Numbered from the stretch's first letter, positions 38,839-48,721 are shown. The stretch: DNA of 64,000 nucleotides from Alphaproteobacteria bacterium UBA1185 (GCA_002310415.1 DBYN01000006.1:154565-218564), one strand, 5' to 3'. Made by a program: numbers and translations. The notes: generated from the sequence alone by a model not told the origin.

Positions 38839-40866
38839 ATGCGTGTTTATGTAAATTACGAAAATAAAACATGGAAAAAATACGATATTGATTTTGAAAA
38901 AATTGCGTCAGCGGCGGTTTTGGATGCTGATAAAGATGCAGAAGTTTCTGTTACTTTGGTAAATGATAAAAAAATTCAACGGTTAAACAAACAATATCGT
39001 GGTGTGGATAAACCAACGAATGTATTGTCTTTCGAATTGGGGGATGATTTATTATTGGGTGATATATTTATATCTTTGGATACTGTTGTCAAAGAAGCCC
39101 ATGCTGCATGTATTTCTGTGGAAGAACACACTGCACATATGATTGTTCATGGTATGTTACATTTACAGGGGTACGATCATTTGAATGATAAAGATGCTAT
39201 AATTATGGAACAGAAAGAAATTAAAATATTAAAACAATTAGGTTATAAAAACCCGTATGAAGAATCGAATAATGATTATCCACAATGTACAGAAGAATCT
39301 TGTTGTCCTGGTAGATGGATAACTAAATTAAAATCAATTAAAATCAGGCAAAATAGTTTTTGGCAATATTTTTTGGCATCCGTATTTGGAATTATTTGTT
39401 CTTTTGGTTTTGCTCCGTTTAATTTATGGATGTTGTCTTTATTTGCTATTGGTGGTATGTATTATTTAATAACCAGAAAGACCGGAAATATTAGTTTTAT
39501 GAAATCTTGGTTTGTGGCATTTCCGTTTGGGGCTTTTTATGGTATGTCTATGTTTTGGTGGGTTTTTCATTCGGTTTATGTTGTACCAGAATTAACAGAT
39601 AAATTTGCAATATGGGTTATTCCTGGATTGTTGGGCATAGGTTTGATTTGTGGTTTTATATTATCGTTACCTTTTGCTGTGATTCGTTATATTTCAAGCA
39701 AACCAGCGAATAGGGCGATTTTATTTGCTGTATCCTGGACGTTAGTGTTATGGTTGCGCGAATGGTTTTTAACTGGTTTTCCATGGAATCCAATATCTAA
39801 TATAACTATGTCTATGCCAATGGTTATAAATTCTATCGCTTTGTGGGGATCGTTGGGTTTGTCTTTTGTTATAGTTGGGTTGATTGCAAGTTTTATAGAA
39901 TTATTACGTTACAGAAAGTCAAAGTCTTGCATTGTTGTGTTTGTAGTGTATGCAGTATTGTTTTTAATCGGGTGTATTTATGGTTTGCATAATATGCATA
40001 AATCACAACCAAATAATATGGAAAATATCCCGATGATAAGGATTATACAGCCCGCTAAGTCTGCTGAATACAAAAGATTAAGGGTTGAACATAGTATTAG
40101 AGAAGTTGTACAGAAAAGATACCAAGATTTGATTGATTGGGCAAAAGAAGATAGAACCGTAGAACCAGATATAATAGTTTATCCAGAAACTGTCTATCCG
40201 TATTGGGTTGCGGAACCTGAATTTCCTTTGTCACGAATATTAAATACAAATGTTATTATGGGCGTTCTTACTTATAATGCCGGTAAAAAGTACAATTCTA
40301 TGGTCATAGCAGATAAAACAGGTGAAATTCAACATTTGTATAACAAAGCACATTTGGTACCGTTTGGGGAATACAGACCTTTTGGGGATATAATTCCAAC
40401 ACCTGGACAATTAAGTCCTGGAAGCCAAGCAAAAAAAATAATGTCTATAAATACCAAATATGGTGATTTTAAGGTTGCTCCGGCTATTTGTTATGAAATA
40501 ATTTTTTCTGATTCTTTGGTGCCACGTGGCGGAACACCTGATGCTGTTGTAAATATAACTAATGACACATGGTTTGGGCAAACACCAGGCGTATATCAGC
40601 ATTTAGATATGGTCAGACGTTACGCAATTGAATCAGGTTTGCCGGTTATTCGTGCAAATTATTCTGGGATAAGTGCTTTTGTTATGCCAGACGGCAATGT
40701 TGAATCAATGTTGTATGTTGGTCAAACGGGGCATTTAGACGGTTTTGTATGGGGAGCTCATAATACTGTATATAGAATACTGGGGCGTGATATGTGGGTG
40801 ATAATTATTTTGTTGTTTTCAATAATTGTTTTAAAATCCATATCCGTATTTCAGAAGAAAGATTAG
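38839..40866 (+). CDS. Fusion ORF: YbeY endoribonuclease domain (aa 1-150) + apolipoprotein N-acyltransferase Lnt (aa ~180-675)
   Basis: YbeY Zn motif 'HGMLHLQGYDH'. Then the Lnt TM region ('FGFAPFNLWMLSLFA'), CN-hydrolase E/K/C ('PETVYPYW', 'YNKAHLVPFGEY', 'APAICYEIIF'). One continuous frame with no in-frame Met at the domain junction. Confidence 0.7.
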   Translation: MRVYVNYENKTWKKYDIDFEKIASAAVLDADKDAEVSVTLVNDKKIQRLNKQYRGVDKPTNVLSFELGDDLLLGDIFISLDTVVKEAHAACISVEEHTAHMIVHGMLHLQGYDHLNDKDAIIMEQKEIKILKQLGYKNPYEESNNDYPQCTEESCCPGRWITKLKSIKIRQNSFWQYFLASVFGIICSFGFAPFNLWMLSLFAIGGMYYLITRKTGNISFMKSWFVAFPFGAFYGMSMFWWVFHSVYVVPELTDKFAIWVIPGLLGIGLICGFILSLPFAVIRYISSKPANRAILFAVSWTLVLWLREWFLTGFPWNPISNITMSMPMVINSIALWGSLGLSFVIVGLIASFIELLRYRKSKSCIVVFVVYAVLFLIGCIYGLHNMHKSQPNNMENIPMIRIIQPAKSAEYKRLRVEHSIREVVQKRYQDLIDWAKEDRTVEPDIIVYPETVYPYWVAEPEFPLSRILNTNVIMGVLTYNAGKKYNSMVIADKTGEIQHLYNKAHLVPFGEYRPFGDIIPTPGQLSPGSQAKKIMSINTKYGDFKVAPAICYEIIFSDSLVPRGGTPDAVVNITNDTWFGQTPGVYQHLDMVRRYAIESGLPVIRANYSGISAFVMPDGNVESMLYVGQTGHLDGFVWGAHNTVYRILGRDMWVIIILLFSIIVLKSISVFQKKD

Positions 40867-41017
40867 ATTTGGGCTCACGTTTATCATCGATATTTTTAAT
40901 TAGTTGTGCAACAGGTATGTTATGCTTTTTGGCGATTGCTTTTAATACATCAAAAAATTCTTGTTCCAAAGAGATGCTTGTTTGATGTCCGGATAAAGAT
41001 ATTGATATTTTTTGCAT
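40805..41017 (-). CDS. Ribbon-helix-helix (CopG/Arc-like) small protein
   Basis: 'ISISLSGHQTSISLEQEFFDVLKAIAKKHNIPVAQLIKNID' matches the conserved alphaproteobacterial RHH family 'SVTLSGHRTSISLEPAFW..L..IA'. Overlaps the lnt 3' end convergently by 62 nt. Confidence 0.55.
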   Translation of the reverse strand: MQKISISLSGHQTSISLEQEFFDVLKAIAKKHNIPVAQLIKNIDDKREPKSNLSSEIRIWILKQLLKTTK

Positions 41018-41018
41018 T

Positions 41019-41453
41019 TTATATTTTCCCAACAATTAAACAATCCAACATAGCGCGATACGGATCGTCATATTTTCGCAATACAGATAAATTCAAATTA
41101 TCCAACATAAAGCAAGTACCAAATGCATCTGCAGCAAACCAAAATAAATCGTTTCTGCCAAATACAGTTTTTCCAATTAAATTTTTGTTTCCAATTATAT
41201 CCTTGTTTATTGCAATTATTGATGGCAAAGGATATTTTATACCGCGTTGAATTTCGGTTGAACCAAATATACATGCAGAGCCCAATGTTACAGCGGAACA
41301 ATTATGATATAAATCTATTAAAAATGTCGGTAACATAGCAGCGCGTATGTCTTTTAAAATTGTGTTAGCAATATTTATTTTGTTTGCATCACTGGCGGGA
41401 AAAATTTGTGCGCCTTTGGATTGTAACAAAGATATAAATTCTTGGGTTGTCAT
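41019..41453 (-). CDS. Hypothetical protein, SUKH/SMI1-KNR4-like (putative immunity-protein fold)
   Basis: 144 aa. 'LPTFLIDLYHNCSAVTLGSACIFG' and 'LFWFAADAFGTCFMLD' resemble the SUKH-1 'LP.dY..FL..yNGG...G' and 'iPfA.DggGNyyc.D' blocks. The start directly abuts the upstream stop (TAAATG). Confidence 0.35.
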   Translation of the reverse strand: MTTQEFISLLQSKGAQIFPASDANKINIANTILKDIRAAMLPTFLIDLYHNCSAVTLGSACIFGSTEIQRGIKYPLPSIIAINKDIIGNKNLIGKTVFGRNDLFWFAADAFGTCFMLDNLNLSVLRKYDDPYRAMLDCLIVGKI

Positions 41454-41957
41454 TTATTCATTTCCTCGTCCAGATGCAAAAAACGCAGACTGAGATAATC
41501 TGTCCGAAGTTGAATTTCCCCCAGCACCGCCATTTGCAAGATTTGTTGAAATATAAATTTTTTTCGCGGGGTTTGGTAAAAATACCGTTTTTGCATTACT
41601 TTGCTCAATGATAAATCTGTCCAGATTATGACTTTGTGGAAAGGTTAAACACATAAACATATTATCAATATCAATCTTTCCACCCCATATCAACGGAATT
41701 CTGAATCGCAAAGATGTATTTTCTGGTAATTGTTTACCCATTATTAAATTCATAAATTCTTCTTTTGGTAAATTCAAAAAAGCGATTTCTTCAAAAGAAT
41801 CTGTCAGGGAAGCCATAAATTCTCGTCGCAAGGCAGAATATAATTTAAACCAATCTGCGTTTATTATGCAACGATTTGGCGTGTATTCCATCACTGGCAT
41901 ATCGTCCATTCCGAGTGCTGTTAACCGTTCAAGCGCAGAATGTTTTGTTAATTGCAT
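41454..41957 (-). CDS. Hypothetical protein (no recognisable family)
   Basis: 167 aa, soluble, Gly-rich tail 'NLANGGAGGNSTS'. Translationally coupled to the downstream SUKH-like gene. Confidence 0.4.
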   Translation of the reverse strand: MQLTKHSALERLTALGMDDMPVMEYTPNRCIINADWFKLYSALRREFMASLTDSFEEIAFLNLPKEEFMNLIMGKQLPENTSLRFRIPLIWGGKIDIDNMFMCLTFPQSHNLDRFIIEQSNAKTVFLPNPAKKIYISTNLANGGAGGNSTSDRLSQSAFFASGRGNE

Positions 41958-41969
41958 TCGTGTTAATCC

Positions 41970-42845
41970 TTAAATATTTTTAGCATATGTAATGATTGTA
42001 TCAATATAATCAGAATATGCATCAAAATTTTCTTGTTCTGATTCGTCTGTTGGTGGATTTGGGTTGTTGGTTATAAATTCTTTTAATTCATCTAGGTTAT
42101 GGAATATCAAAACATTGTCATCGGAAATATATATTTGTTTTGTATCTAAAACAAAAGCAGAAATTGTTATAGGAATGTCTTCTAAAGTTTCTTTGAAAAT
42201 GTCGCTTAACTTATCAATAGATTTCTTAAATCTTTCAATATCACAATCCACAGCACCAACCCAAACTGTCTCGTTATTTCCAATTGCAAATAAATTTGTA
42301 GTAAATCCAGAAATTGTTAATTTTGGTTTAACTTTATAACCTGCGTTTGCAAATATAGTAGATAACTCGGAATCATACAAAGTTGTTGGTTGTGTATTTG
42401 TTGGTTTGTTTTGTGCCAAAGATTGTTCTGATTGGTGTTGTGCAGCAATATTTGCGATGTTTTTGGGTAAATTTAATTTTGGCGGTTGATTTAGGTGTAC
42501 AAAGTTATTTGGACCAGGATATGTAGTATCTGTTTGTTTCTGTTTTCCAAGTTGTGTGGTATTCAAGATAGATGTATTTTCAGTTTTTGTAACAATGGTT
42601 TTGCCAAAACGTGGTTTAAAAATCATATATAGTCCAAATATAGTAATAAATACTGCAACACCAATAGAAACATAAAATGTTTTGTCAATTGGTGTATGTG
42701 AAACCTGTAACTTTGCCAATTCATCCCAATGTTCGGCATAAAAAATATTAAAACTGAATCGCACATTTAACCAAAACGAAAGTCCAAGCAAAACAGATGT
42801 GCAAAGCAATATAGATGATAAAATTTTTTCTATGTATTTGTTCAT
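41970..42845 (-). CDS. Hypothetical membrane protein (2 N-terminal TM helices, Q/T/N/P-rich linker, C-terminal alpha/beta domain, acidic tail)
   Basis: TM1 'ILSSILLCTSVLLGLSFWL', TM2 'FYVSIGVAVFITIFGLYMIF'. No known motif. Confidence 0.4.
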   Translation of the reverse strand: MNKYIEKILSSILLCTSVLLGLSFWLNVRFSFNIFYAEHWDELAKLQVSHTPIDKTFYVSIGVAVFITIFGLYMIFKPRFGKTIVTKTENTSILNTTQLGKQKQTDTTYPGPNNFVHLNQPPKLNLPKNIANIAAQHQSEQSLAQNKPTNTQPTTLYDSELSTIFANAGYKVKPKLTISGFTTNLFAIGNNETVWVGAVDCDIERFKKSIDKLSDIFKETLEDIPITISAFVLDTKQIYISDDNVLIFHNLDELKEFITNNPNPPTDESEQENFDAYSDYIDTIITYAKNI

Positions 42846-42887
42846 TTTATTTTTATTGTATCACATTTTATGATAAACTGACAACAA

Positions 42888-43559
42888 ATGATTGAAGCAA
42901 ATGAAATTTTTTCAGATTTTGATAAACGAATCGCTTTTTGGTGCGATAATGTCGCAGATACTGCTGAGTTGGCTGATTTATCAAATAATTTAATAGAAAA
43001 TAAAATTGATTTAATATCAGTTGTGCCAAATGCGGTTTATTTTTTGTGGACATGTTTGGAAAAACAAAATGTTAAAATTTTACCAAGATATTATTTCGCA
43101 CCACTGCAAAAAAATATGGATACATATGTGTCAGAATTGGTTAAAAATATCACTAATGTTTTCAAAAAGGGTGCAACAGGTGTTCAAATTTTTTTGAAAA
43201 TGCGGGATTTAGAACGTTTTACAGACACTATAAAGTTTGTTCGTAATGATTTGTTTTTTGAACATGTGTTATGTGTGGGCTTTGATATAAATGATATTAA
43301 TTTTGAAGATTGGGATTTAGTTTTTCAAAAATTGCATGATTTATGTGCGGATGCGCTTGTGTTAACATTAAATGAAGATATGGGAAATCGGTCTGATTTT
43401 GTGGGACGTGTTTACGGTATGTTGCAAAAATGGGATTTTGGCGGAGAATTACACTTTAAATTAAATAACGACTACGAACGTATGGACCAAGTAATCCGCT
43501 TGATTGAATCAGAAAAAAATGAATTATCTGATAAATTACGCTTTTTCTTGGATTATTAA
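42888..43559 (+). CDS. Hypothetical protein (possible TIM-barrel, DeoC-like by weak resemblance only)
   Basis: 223 aa. 'IDLISVVPNAVYFL' weakly recalls a DeoC beta-strand. No catalytic Lys motif identified. Confidence 0.3.
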   Translation: MIEANEIFSDFDKRIAFWCDNVADTAELADLSNNLIENKIDLISVVPNAVYFLWTCLEKQNVKILPRYYFAPLQKNMDTYVSELVKNITNVFKKGATGVQIFLKMRDLERFTDTIKFVRNDLFFEHVLCVGFDINDINFEDWDLVFQKLHDLCADALVLTLNEDMGNRSDFVGRVYGMLQKWDFGGELHFKLNNDYERMDQVIRLIESEKNELSDKLRFFLDY

Positions 43560-44230
43560 TTATTTGATAAAATTAGATATTTTGGTTCGGTTGTTTTTGC
43601 TTTATTTTTTAATTGGTATCTGGTTTTAATCGTTTGCAGATTTGTTGATTTGATTTTCAATGTCGTTTGTTTTAGTTGTTCGCAAATCCAATCATAATAT
43701 TCCCAATGGTCTGTACCAATTATAATTTGACCATTTTGTTCCAGATATTTAGATAACAGGTTTAAAAAATCAGTGTTTAATAATCTTCGCTTTTCGTGTT
43801 TTGCTTTTGGCCATGGGTCAGGATGCAATATCCAAATTTGTGAAAATTTTACGTTATGAAAATCTTGTGTATACAGCAGTAATCTAACGTCATCAGGATA
43901 AATACGAATATTTGTGTATTCAGAAAAAATGCTATTATCCGATTCGTTTGTCATGGCAGAAAGTAGGGCGGCAACCCCATTTGCAAATGGTTCAGCACCA
44001 ATAATTATTGAATCTGGATTATTAATTGCTAAATCGCGTAAATGTTCACCGTTGCCAAAACCAATTTCTAAAATAGCCTGTTTTTCGGCGTTTTCAGATG
44101 AGTTTGGTGCAATTTTGGGCAATAAATTATCTATCAACCATTGTTTGCGATTAGATAATTTTTTACCATGTCTGCGACCAAAGGTTCGTATGTCTGTTTT
44201 TTCAAAATGTTTTAATTCTTGTTTTTCCAT
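43556..44230 (-). CDS. trmB: tRNA (guanine46-N7)-methyltransferase
   Basis: 'ILEIGFGNGEHL' SAM motif and 'IRIYPDDVRLLL'. 224 aa. Confidence 0.85.
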   Translation of the reverse strand: MEKQELKHFEKTDIRTFGRRHGKKLSNRKQWLIDNLLPKIAPNSSENAEKQAILEIGFGNGEHLRDLAINNPDSIIIGAEPFANGVAALLSAMTNESDNSIFSEYTNIRIYPDDVRLLLYTQDFHNVKFSQIWILHPDPWPKAKHEKRRLLNTDFLNLLSKYLEQNGQIIIGTDHWEYYDWICEQLKQTTLKIKSTNLQTIKTRYQLKNKAKTTEPKYLILSNN

Positions 44231-44277
44231 ATATTTAGTATAAAATCACTTTATTATAAAAACAAGGTGAAATAAAA

Positions 44278-45855
44278 ATGCGTAATGGATTATCAAAAGA
44301 TTTAATTACACGTGTGCTTGGTGGCGCACCTAAATATACTTTGGATGAATTGGAATCTAAATATCCACCACGTGATTTACCAGAAGGTGCTTTTGTAACC
44401 CGTTTTGCACCCAGCCCGACTGGATATATGCATTTGGGGAATTTATATAGTGGCTTGATTGATTATAAATTGGCTCAACAATCAAACGGTGTTTTTTTAT
44501 TACGTATAGAAGATACAGATACCAAACGTGAAATCAAAGATGCTGTCAATATAGTAATAGATTCTTTGGCACGATTTGGTATAAAAAACAATAATGATAT
44601 TTCTGATTATGGTCCGTATTACCAATCACAACGTAAAGATATTTACCATTCTGTGGCTGCACATTTGTTAGAAAAAGGGTTGGCATATCCTTGCTTTTTA
44701 ACCCAGGAAGAAATGGATGAAATTCGTGAAAAGCAAAAATTGGCTGGTTTGGCAACTGGTATTTACGGTGAATATGCCAGGGACAGGGATATTTGTGAAG
44801 AAGAAATAATTAAACATCTTGATAATGGTGAAGTGCCGTCGATTCGTTTGTATTCGATGGGCAACCCAGAAAACAGAATATATGTTAAAGATTTTGTTCG
44901 TGGCTCTATATCTGTACCAGAAAATAACGAAGATATTGTTTTAATTAAATCTACTGATAGATTGCCAACATATCATTTTGCACACTTATGTGATGATCAT
45001 TTTATGCGCATAACTCATGTTGTACGTGGTGAAGAATATTTTGGAACTGTCGCATTGCATGTTCAAATGTTTCGTATTATGGGTTGGTCTTTGCCAAATT
45101 ATATTCATACATCTACGCTTGATAAAATTGATGAAGAAACTGGTAAACAAAGAAAAATGTCCAAACGTAAAGATCCAGAAAATAATGTTGCTTTTTTCTT
45201 AGAACAAGGTTGGCCAACAGATGCGGTTATTGAATACCTTGGAAATATTTTGGCGCCTGGTTATGAGGAAGCAAAAATCAAAGGACAAGTTAAGTCCTTT
45301 TGGGATTATGAATTACGACCCCAAAAAATACCAGCATCTGGCAGTTTGTTTGATATGAAAAAATTGGAATGGTGGGCAAAAGAATATATTGCAACTTTGC
45401 CAGTTGATGTATTGGTTAAACATGTTGTTGATTGGGCAAATGAATACGGTAATGAAGATAATAAAAAACAAGTTGCTGATGTGCCATATTTGACATCTGT
45501 GTTGGCGATTGAACGTGATAATCCAAAACGTATTCGTAAAGATTTTATTACTTGGCAACAGACGTTAAACGAGGTGTCTTATTTTTGGGATTTCTTGTTT
45601 GTTTCGAACAAAGAATATGAATATAACCAAGATGTATTAAGGAGTTTCTTAGAAACTTGGAACGAAGCAGATGATAAAGATACTTGGTGGGGCAAGGTTG
45701 TATCGGTTGCCGAAAAGTGCGGTGTTAAACCGGGTGAAGCTGCGATGAATTTACGCGTTGCGATGACTGGACGTACTAATACACCAGATTTATATTCTAT
45801 AATGCATGTGTTGGGTGATGAACGTGTTCGTGAACGTATAAATAAACATATATAA
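44278..45855 (+). CDS. gltX: Glutamyl-tRNA synthetase (divergent GluRS)
   Basis: 'VTRFAPSPTGYMHLGN' HIGH region and 'KMSKRK' KMSKS. 525 aa, with a C-terminal anticodon-binding extension. Confidence 0.75.
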   Translation: MRNGLSKDLITRVLGGAPKYTLDELESKYPPRDLPEGAFVTRFAPSPTGYMHLGNLYSGLIDYKLAQQSNGVFLLRIEDTDTKREIKDAVNIVIDSLARFGIKNNNDISDYGPYYQSQRKDIYHSVAAHLLEKGLAYPCFLTQEEMDEIREKQKLAGLATGIYGEYARDRDICEEEIIKHLDNGEVPSIRLYSMGNPENRIYVKDFVRGSISVPENNEDIVLIKSTDRLPTYHFAHLCDDHFMRITHVVRGEEYFGTVALHVQMFRIMGWSLPNYIHTSTLDKIDEETGKQRKMSKRKDPENNVAFFLEQGWPTDAVIEYLGNILAPGYEEAKIKGQVKSFWDYELRPQKIPASGSLFDMKKLEWWAKEYIATLPVDVLVKHVVDWANEYGNEDNKKQVADVPYLTSVLAIERDNPKRIRKDFITWQQTLNEVSYFWDFLFVSNKEYEYNQDVLRSFLETWNEADDKDTWWGKVVSVAEKCGVKPGEAAMNLRVAMTGRTNTPDLYSIMHVLGDERVRERINKHI

Positions 45856-45892
45856 TTTTGTGTATACAGCAGAAAGAAAGGAATAGATTATT

Positions 45893-46657
45893 ATGAAAAA
45901 AGCGAAAAAAATTGTTAAACAACAACTGAAAGAAGTAAAACACGATAAGCGTGCCTTTGGTTTGTTAAAGTTTTTACGCGCTACAGGTCTATTTCGTTGG
46001 GAAAGACCGTCAACTAAATCAGAAGAAGTCCTGAATATCTTAACACATGGAATTGGTATTGGGTTGGCGATGGCAGCATTGTGTTTATTGGTTGCGTTTG
46101 CTGTTTTGTACCATAATCCATGGGCGGTTGTTGCGTGTTCCTTGTTTGGGGTTACTATGTTCACTTTGTATTTTGGTTCGACAATGTGTCACGCAACAAT
46201 TGGGGACAGAAGCGAATGTTTTTTTGAAGTGTGGGATAGTATAGCAATTTATGCGTTGATTGCAGGGACTTATACACCATTTTTGTTGGTTAATTTAAAC
46301 CTTGGTGGATATCCGGCTTTGGGTTGGACTATGTTTGGTGTTTTGTGGGCAATCGTTATATTTGGTGCAATTATGAAAATCAAAAGTCCGCGTCGCCAAC
46401 CTAAATGGATGGTTGCTTTGTATTTAATAATGGGCTGGGCGTTGGTTTGGATTTTGCCCGCTATGATTAAAACTATATCAGCGCGCGGAATGTGGTTTGT
46501 ATTAGCGGGTGGATTATCTTATTCAATTGGGGTGATTTTTTATTTATGGCGTAAATTAAAGTTTGCACATGCGTTATGGCATTTGTTTGTAATTGGTGGT
46601 AGTGTGTGTTTCTTTTTCGCTGTATTATTTGGCTCAATAATTGATTTTATAAGATAA
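45893..46657 (+). CDS. Hemolysin III / PAQR family membrane protein
   Basis: Seven TM helices. 'HGIGIGLA', 'TMCHA' and 'HALWHLFV' His motifs. Confidence 0.8.
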   Translation: MKKAKKIVKQQLKEVKHDKRAFGLLKFLRATGLFRWERPSTKSEEVLNILTHGIGIGLAMAALCLLVAFAVLYHNPWAVVACSLFGVTMFTLYFGSTMCHATIGDRSECFFEVWDSIAIYALIAGTYTPFLLVNLNLGGYPALGWTMFGVLWAIVIFGAIMKIKSPRRQPKWMVALYLIMGWALVWILPAMIKTISARGMWFVLAGGLSYSIGVIFYLWRKLKFAHALWHLFVIGGSVCFFFAVLFGSIIDFIR

Positions 46658-46698
46658 ACAAAATCCATCTATACAACGGGTTTGTTGATGTATAACGT

Positions 46699-48021
46699 TT
46701 AATCAAATGGATTTTCAGATTTATTGTATTCAATAACAATTGGTAAATGTTCCAAATGCAAAGCAGTTGCGATACCGCGTCTTAGATATCTTGTGTATGA
46801 TTCTGGTATATCAGAAGCCCCACCAACATTAATAGTTATTTTTATCGGGTGGTGTCCAGTTTGTCGCGCAAATTTAATTTTCATTGGACGTTTCAGGCGT
46901 GATATAGGTGGCTGTCTGTCTGCAACCAATTTTTCAATGATACGATTTAATAAACTGGTTGGTGTATCAGAATTACTTATATCCCATTGTTCATATACAC
47001 GTTTAAATAAATTCTGAATACCTGTACCTGTTTTAGCGGATACAGCCAAAATCAAGGGTTTTATGATTTGATGAAATGAATTTGTAAACTGATGTTTTAA
47101 TTTCAATAATTTTTCATCACGTTCAATTTGGTTAACCAAATCCCATTTGTTTAATGCAATACATAATATTTTTCCTGCATCATAAACACGAGCAGCAATA
47201 GATAATGTCTGATTTTCAATATTCTTTGTCGCATCAACTATTAAAACAACAATGTTTGCTTTGTCTATTGCATCCAAAGATTTTAATGCAGACAATGTTT
47301 CTACATCATCTGTGACACCTGATTTGCGTCGTAAACCAGCGGTATCCATCAAAATAATATCACGACCATAAAAATGTGTTGGGATTTTTACAGTATCACG
47401 TGTTATACCTGGTTCATCTTTGACAATTTGACGATTTTCACCCAGTACGTGGTTCACAAACGTAGATTTTCCCACATTTGGTTGACCCAATATTGCGATT
47501 TTTATTTTTGTGTTTGGTTCTTCGGATACATTTTCATCTTTGGCGATGTTATCCATAAAATTGTATATTTCATCAAAACCGCGTTTGTGTTCAGCAGATA
47601 TCAATACAGGTTCGCCAAATCCCAATTTATAAAAATCGTGTGTATCAGATAATCTTTTTGCAGATTCTGATTTATTTATCAACAACAAAGCAGGTGCTTT
47701 GCTTTTTTTATGTACCAGTTTTGCCCATTCTAAATCCATAGGCAACAAACCTGTTTTGCCATCAACAACAAACAAGATTGCATCGGCTTTTTCAATAGTC
47801 TGAATTGCCATGTTCGTTGAATCGTGTCCGATACCAGATTTTGTATTTTCAAGACCAGCGGTGTCAAATACAGTCCATGGACGATTTGGAATGTTTCCAG
47901 AAATAACATCGCGTGTAACACCAGGTCTGTCATGAACAAGCGCATCTCGTGAATTAGTTAATCCGTTAAAAAGTGTAGATTTTCCAGTGTTTGGACGACC
48001 TATAATAACTATGCTTTTCAT
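46699..48021 (-). CDS. der: Ribosome-biogenesis GTPase Der (EngA)
   Basis: Two tandem G domains ('GRPNTGKSTLFN', 'GQPNVGKSTFVN') plus a KH-like C-terminal domain. Confidence 0.9.
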   Translation of the reverse strand: MKSIVIIGRPNTGKSTLFNGLTNSRDALVHDRPGVTRDVISGNIPNRPWTVFDTAGLENTKSGIGHDSTNMAIQTIEKADAILFVVDGKTGLLPMDLEWAKLVHKKSKAPALLLINKSESAKRLSDTHDFYKLGFGEPVLISAEHKRGFDEIYNFMDNIAKDENVSEEPNTKIKIAILGQPNVGKSTFVNHVLGENRQIVKDEPGITRDTVKIPTHFYGRDIILMDTAGLRRKSGVTDDVETLSALKSLDAIDKANIVVLIVDATKNIENQTLSIAARVYDAGKILCIALNKWDLVNQIERDEKLLKLKHQFTNSFHQIIKPLILAVSAKTGTGIQNLFKRVYEQWDISNSDTPTSLLNRIIEKLVADRQPPISRLKRPMKIKFARQTGHHPIKITINVGGASDIPESYTRYLRRGIATALHLEHLPIVIEYNKSENPFD

Positions 48022-48090
48022 TTTTTTTCCATTGATTTTTTTTAATTATAAAGCAAAAATATAAATAAGCAAACACCAAGGAGATAAAAA

Positions 48091-48687
48091 ATGAAAGCAA
48101 AAAAAAGAAATTGGTTTAAGAGATTAACTGATATATTTTTCAGACCAAAATATTTCTTTACTAAAATTGTTGCTGATGGGAAAATGGAAGATGCTATGTT
48201 GCGTGCATTTTTATGGGGGTTAGTTGGTGGTATATTGGTTTTGATTATACAATTGGTGCGTGGCAATCCATTTACATTTTTGGCATTGTTCAAAGCAATA
48301 ATAGTTTGTCCAGTGTTAGCTGTTGTTTTATTATTCGTGTTTGCTGGATTAATGATGTTGGTTTCAGAAATCACGATGGGGGATCGTGATTGGGAAATAT
48401 CGGTCAAAGGTCTGGCATCTATATTTTTTGTCTATCCATTGACTTTGCTGTTAAATGCGTTGGCATTTAATTGTACATCGATTTGGGTAATAAGTATTGC
48501 GACAGATTTGTATATTTTATTTCTGCTTTATAACATATCGGTTTATTGTTTGCATTGTAAGAAGGTTAGTGTGATGTTTGTTTTTGTGGTTGGTGCTGTG
48601 TTATTGGCAACGGTGTATATGTCTGATTACAGAACGTTATGGTTTTTTATTAAAAATATGCCCGCTACATTAACGTGTTTATTTTAA
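48091..48687 (+). CDS. Hypothetical integral membrane protein (5 TM)
   Basis: Hydrophobicity pattern only. Confidence 0.4.
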   Translation: MKAKKRNWFKRLTDIFFRPKYFFTKIVADGKMEDAMLRAFLWGLVGGILVLIIQLVRGNPFTFLALFKAIIVCPVLAVVLLFVFAGLMMLVSEITMGDRDWEISVKGLASIFFVYPLTLLLNALAFNCTSIWVISIATDLYILFLLYNISVYCLHCKKVSVMFVFVVGAVLLATVYMSDYRTLWFFIKNMPATLTCLF

Positions 48688-48698
48688 TATAAGTCAAT

Positions 48699-48721
48699 AA
48701 AACCGCCGTATAGGCGGTTTT
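48699..48721. terminator. Bidirectional terminator hairpin (aaaaccgccgtataggcggtttt)
   Basis: Perfect inverted repeat with a GTATA loop between convergent genes. A 100% identical copy lies at 52744-52767. Confidence 0.6.
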
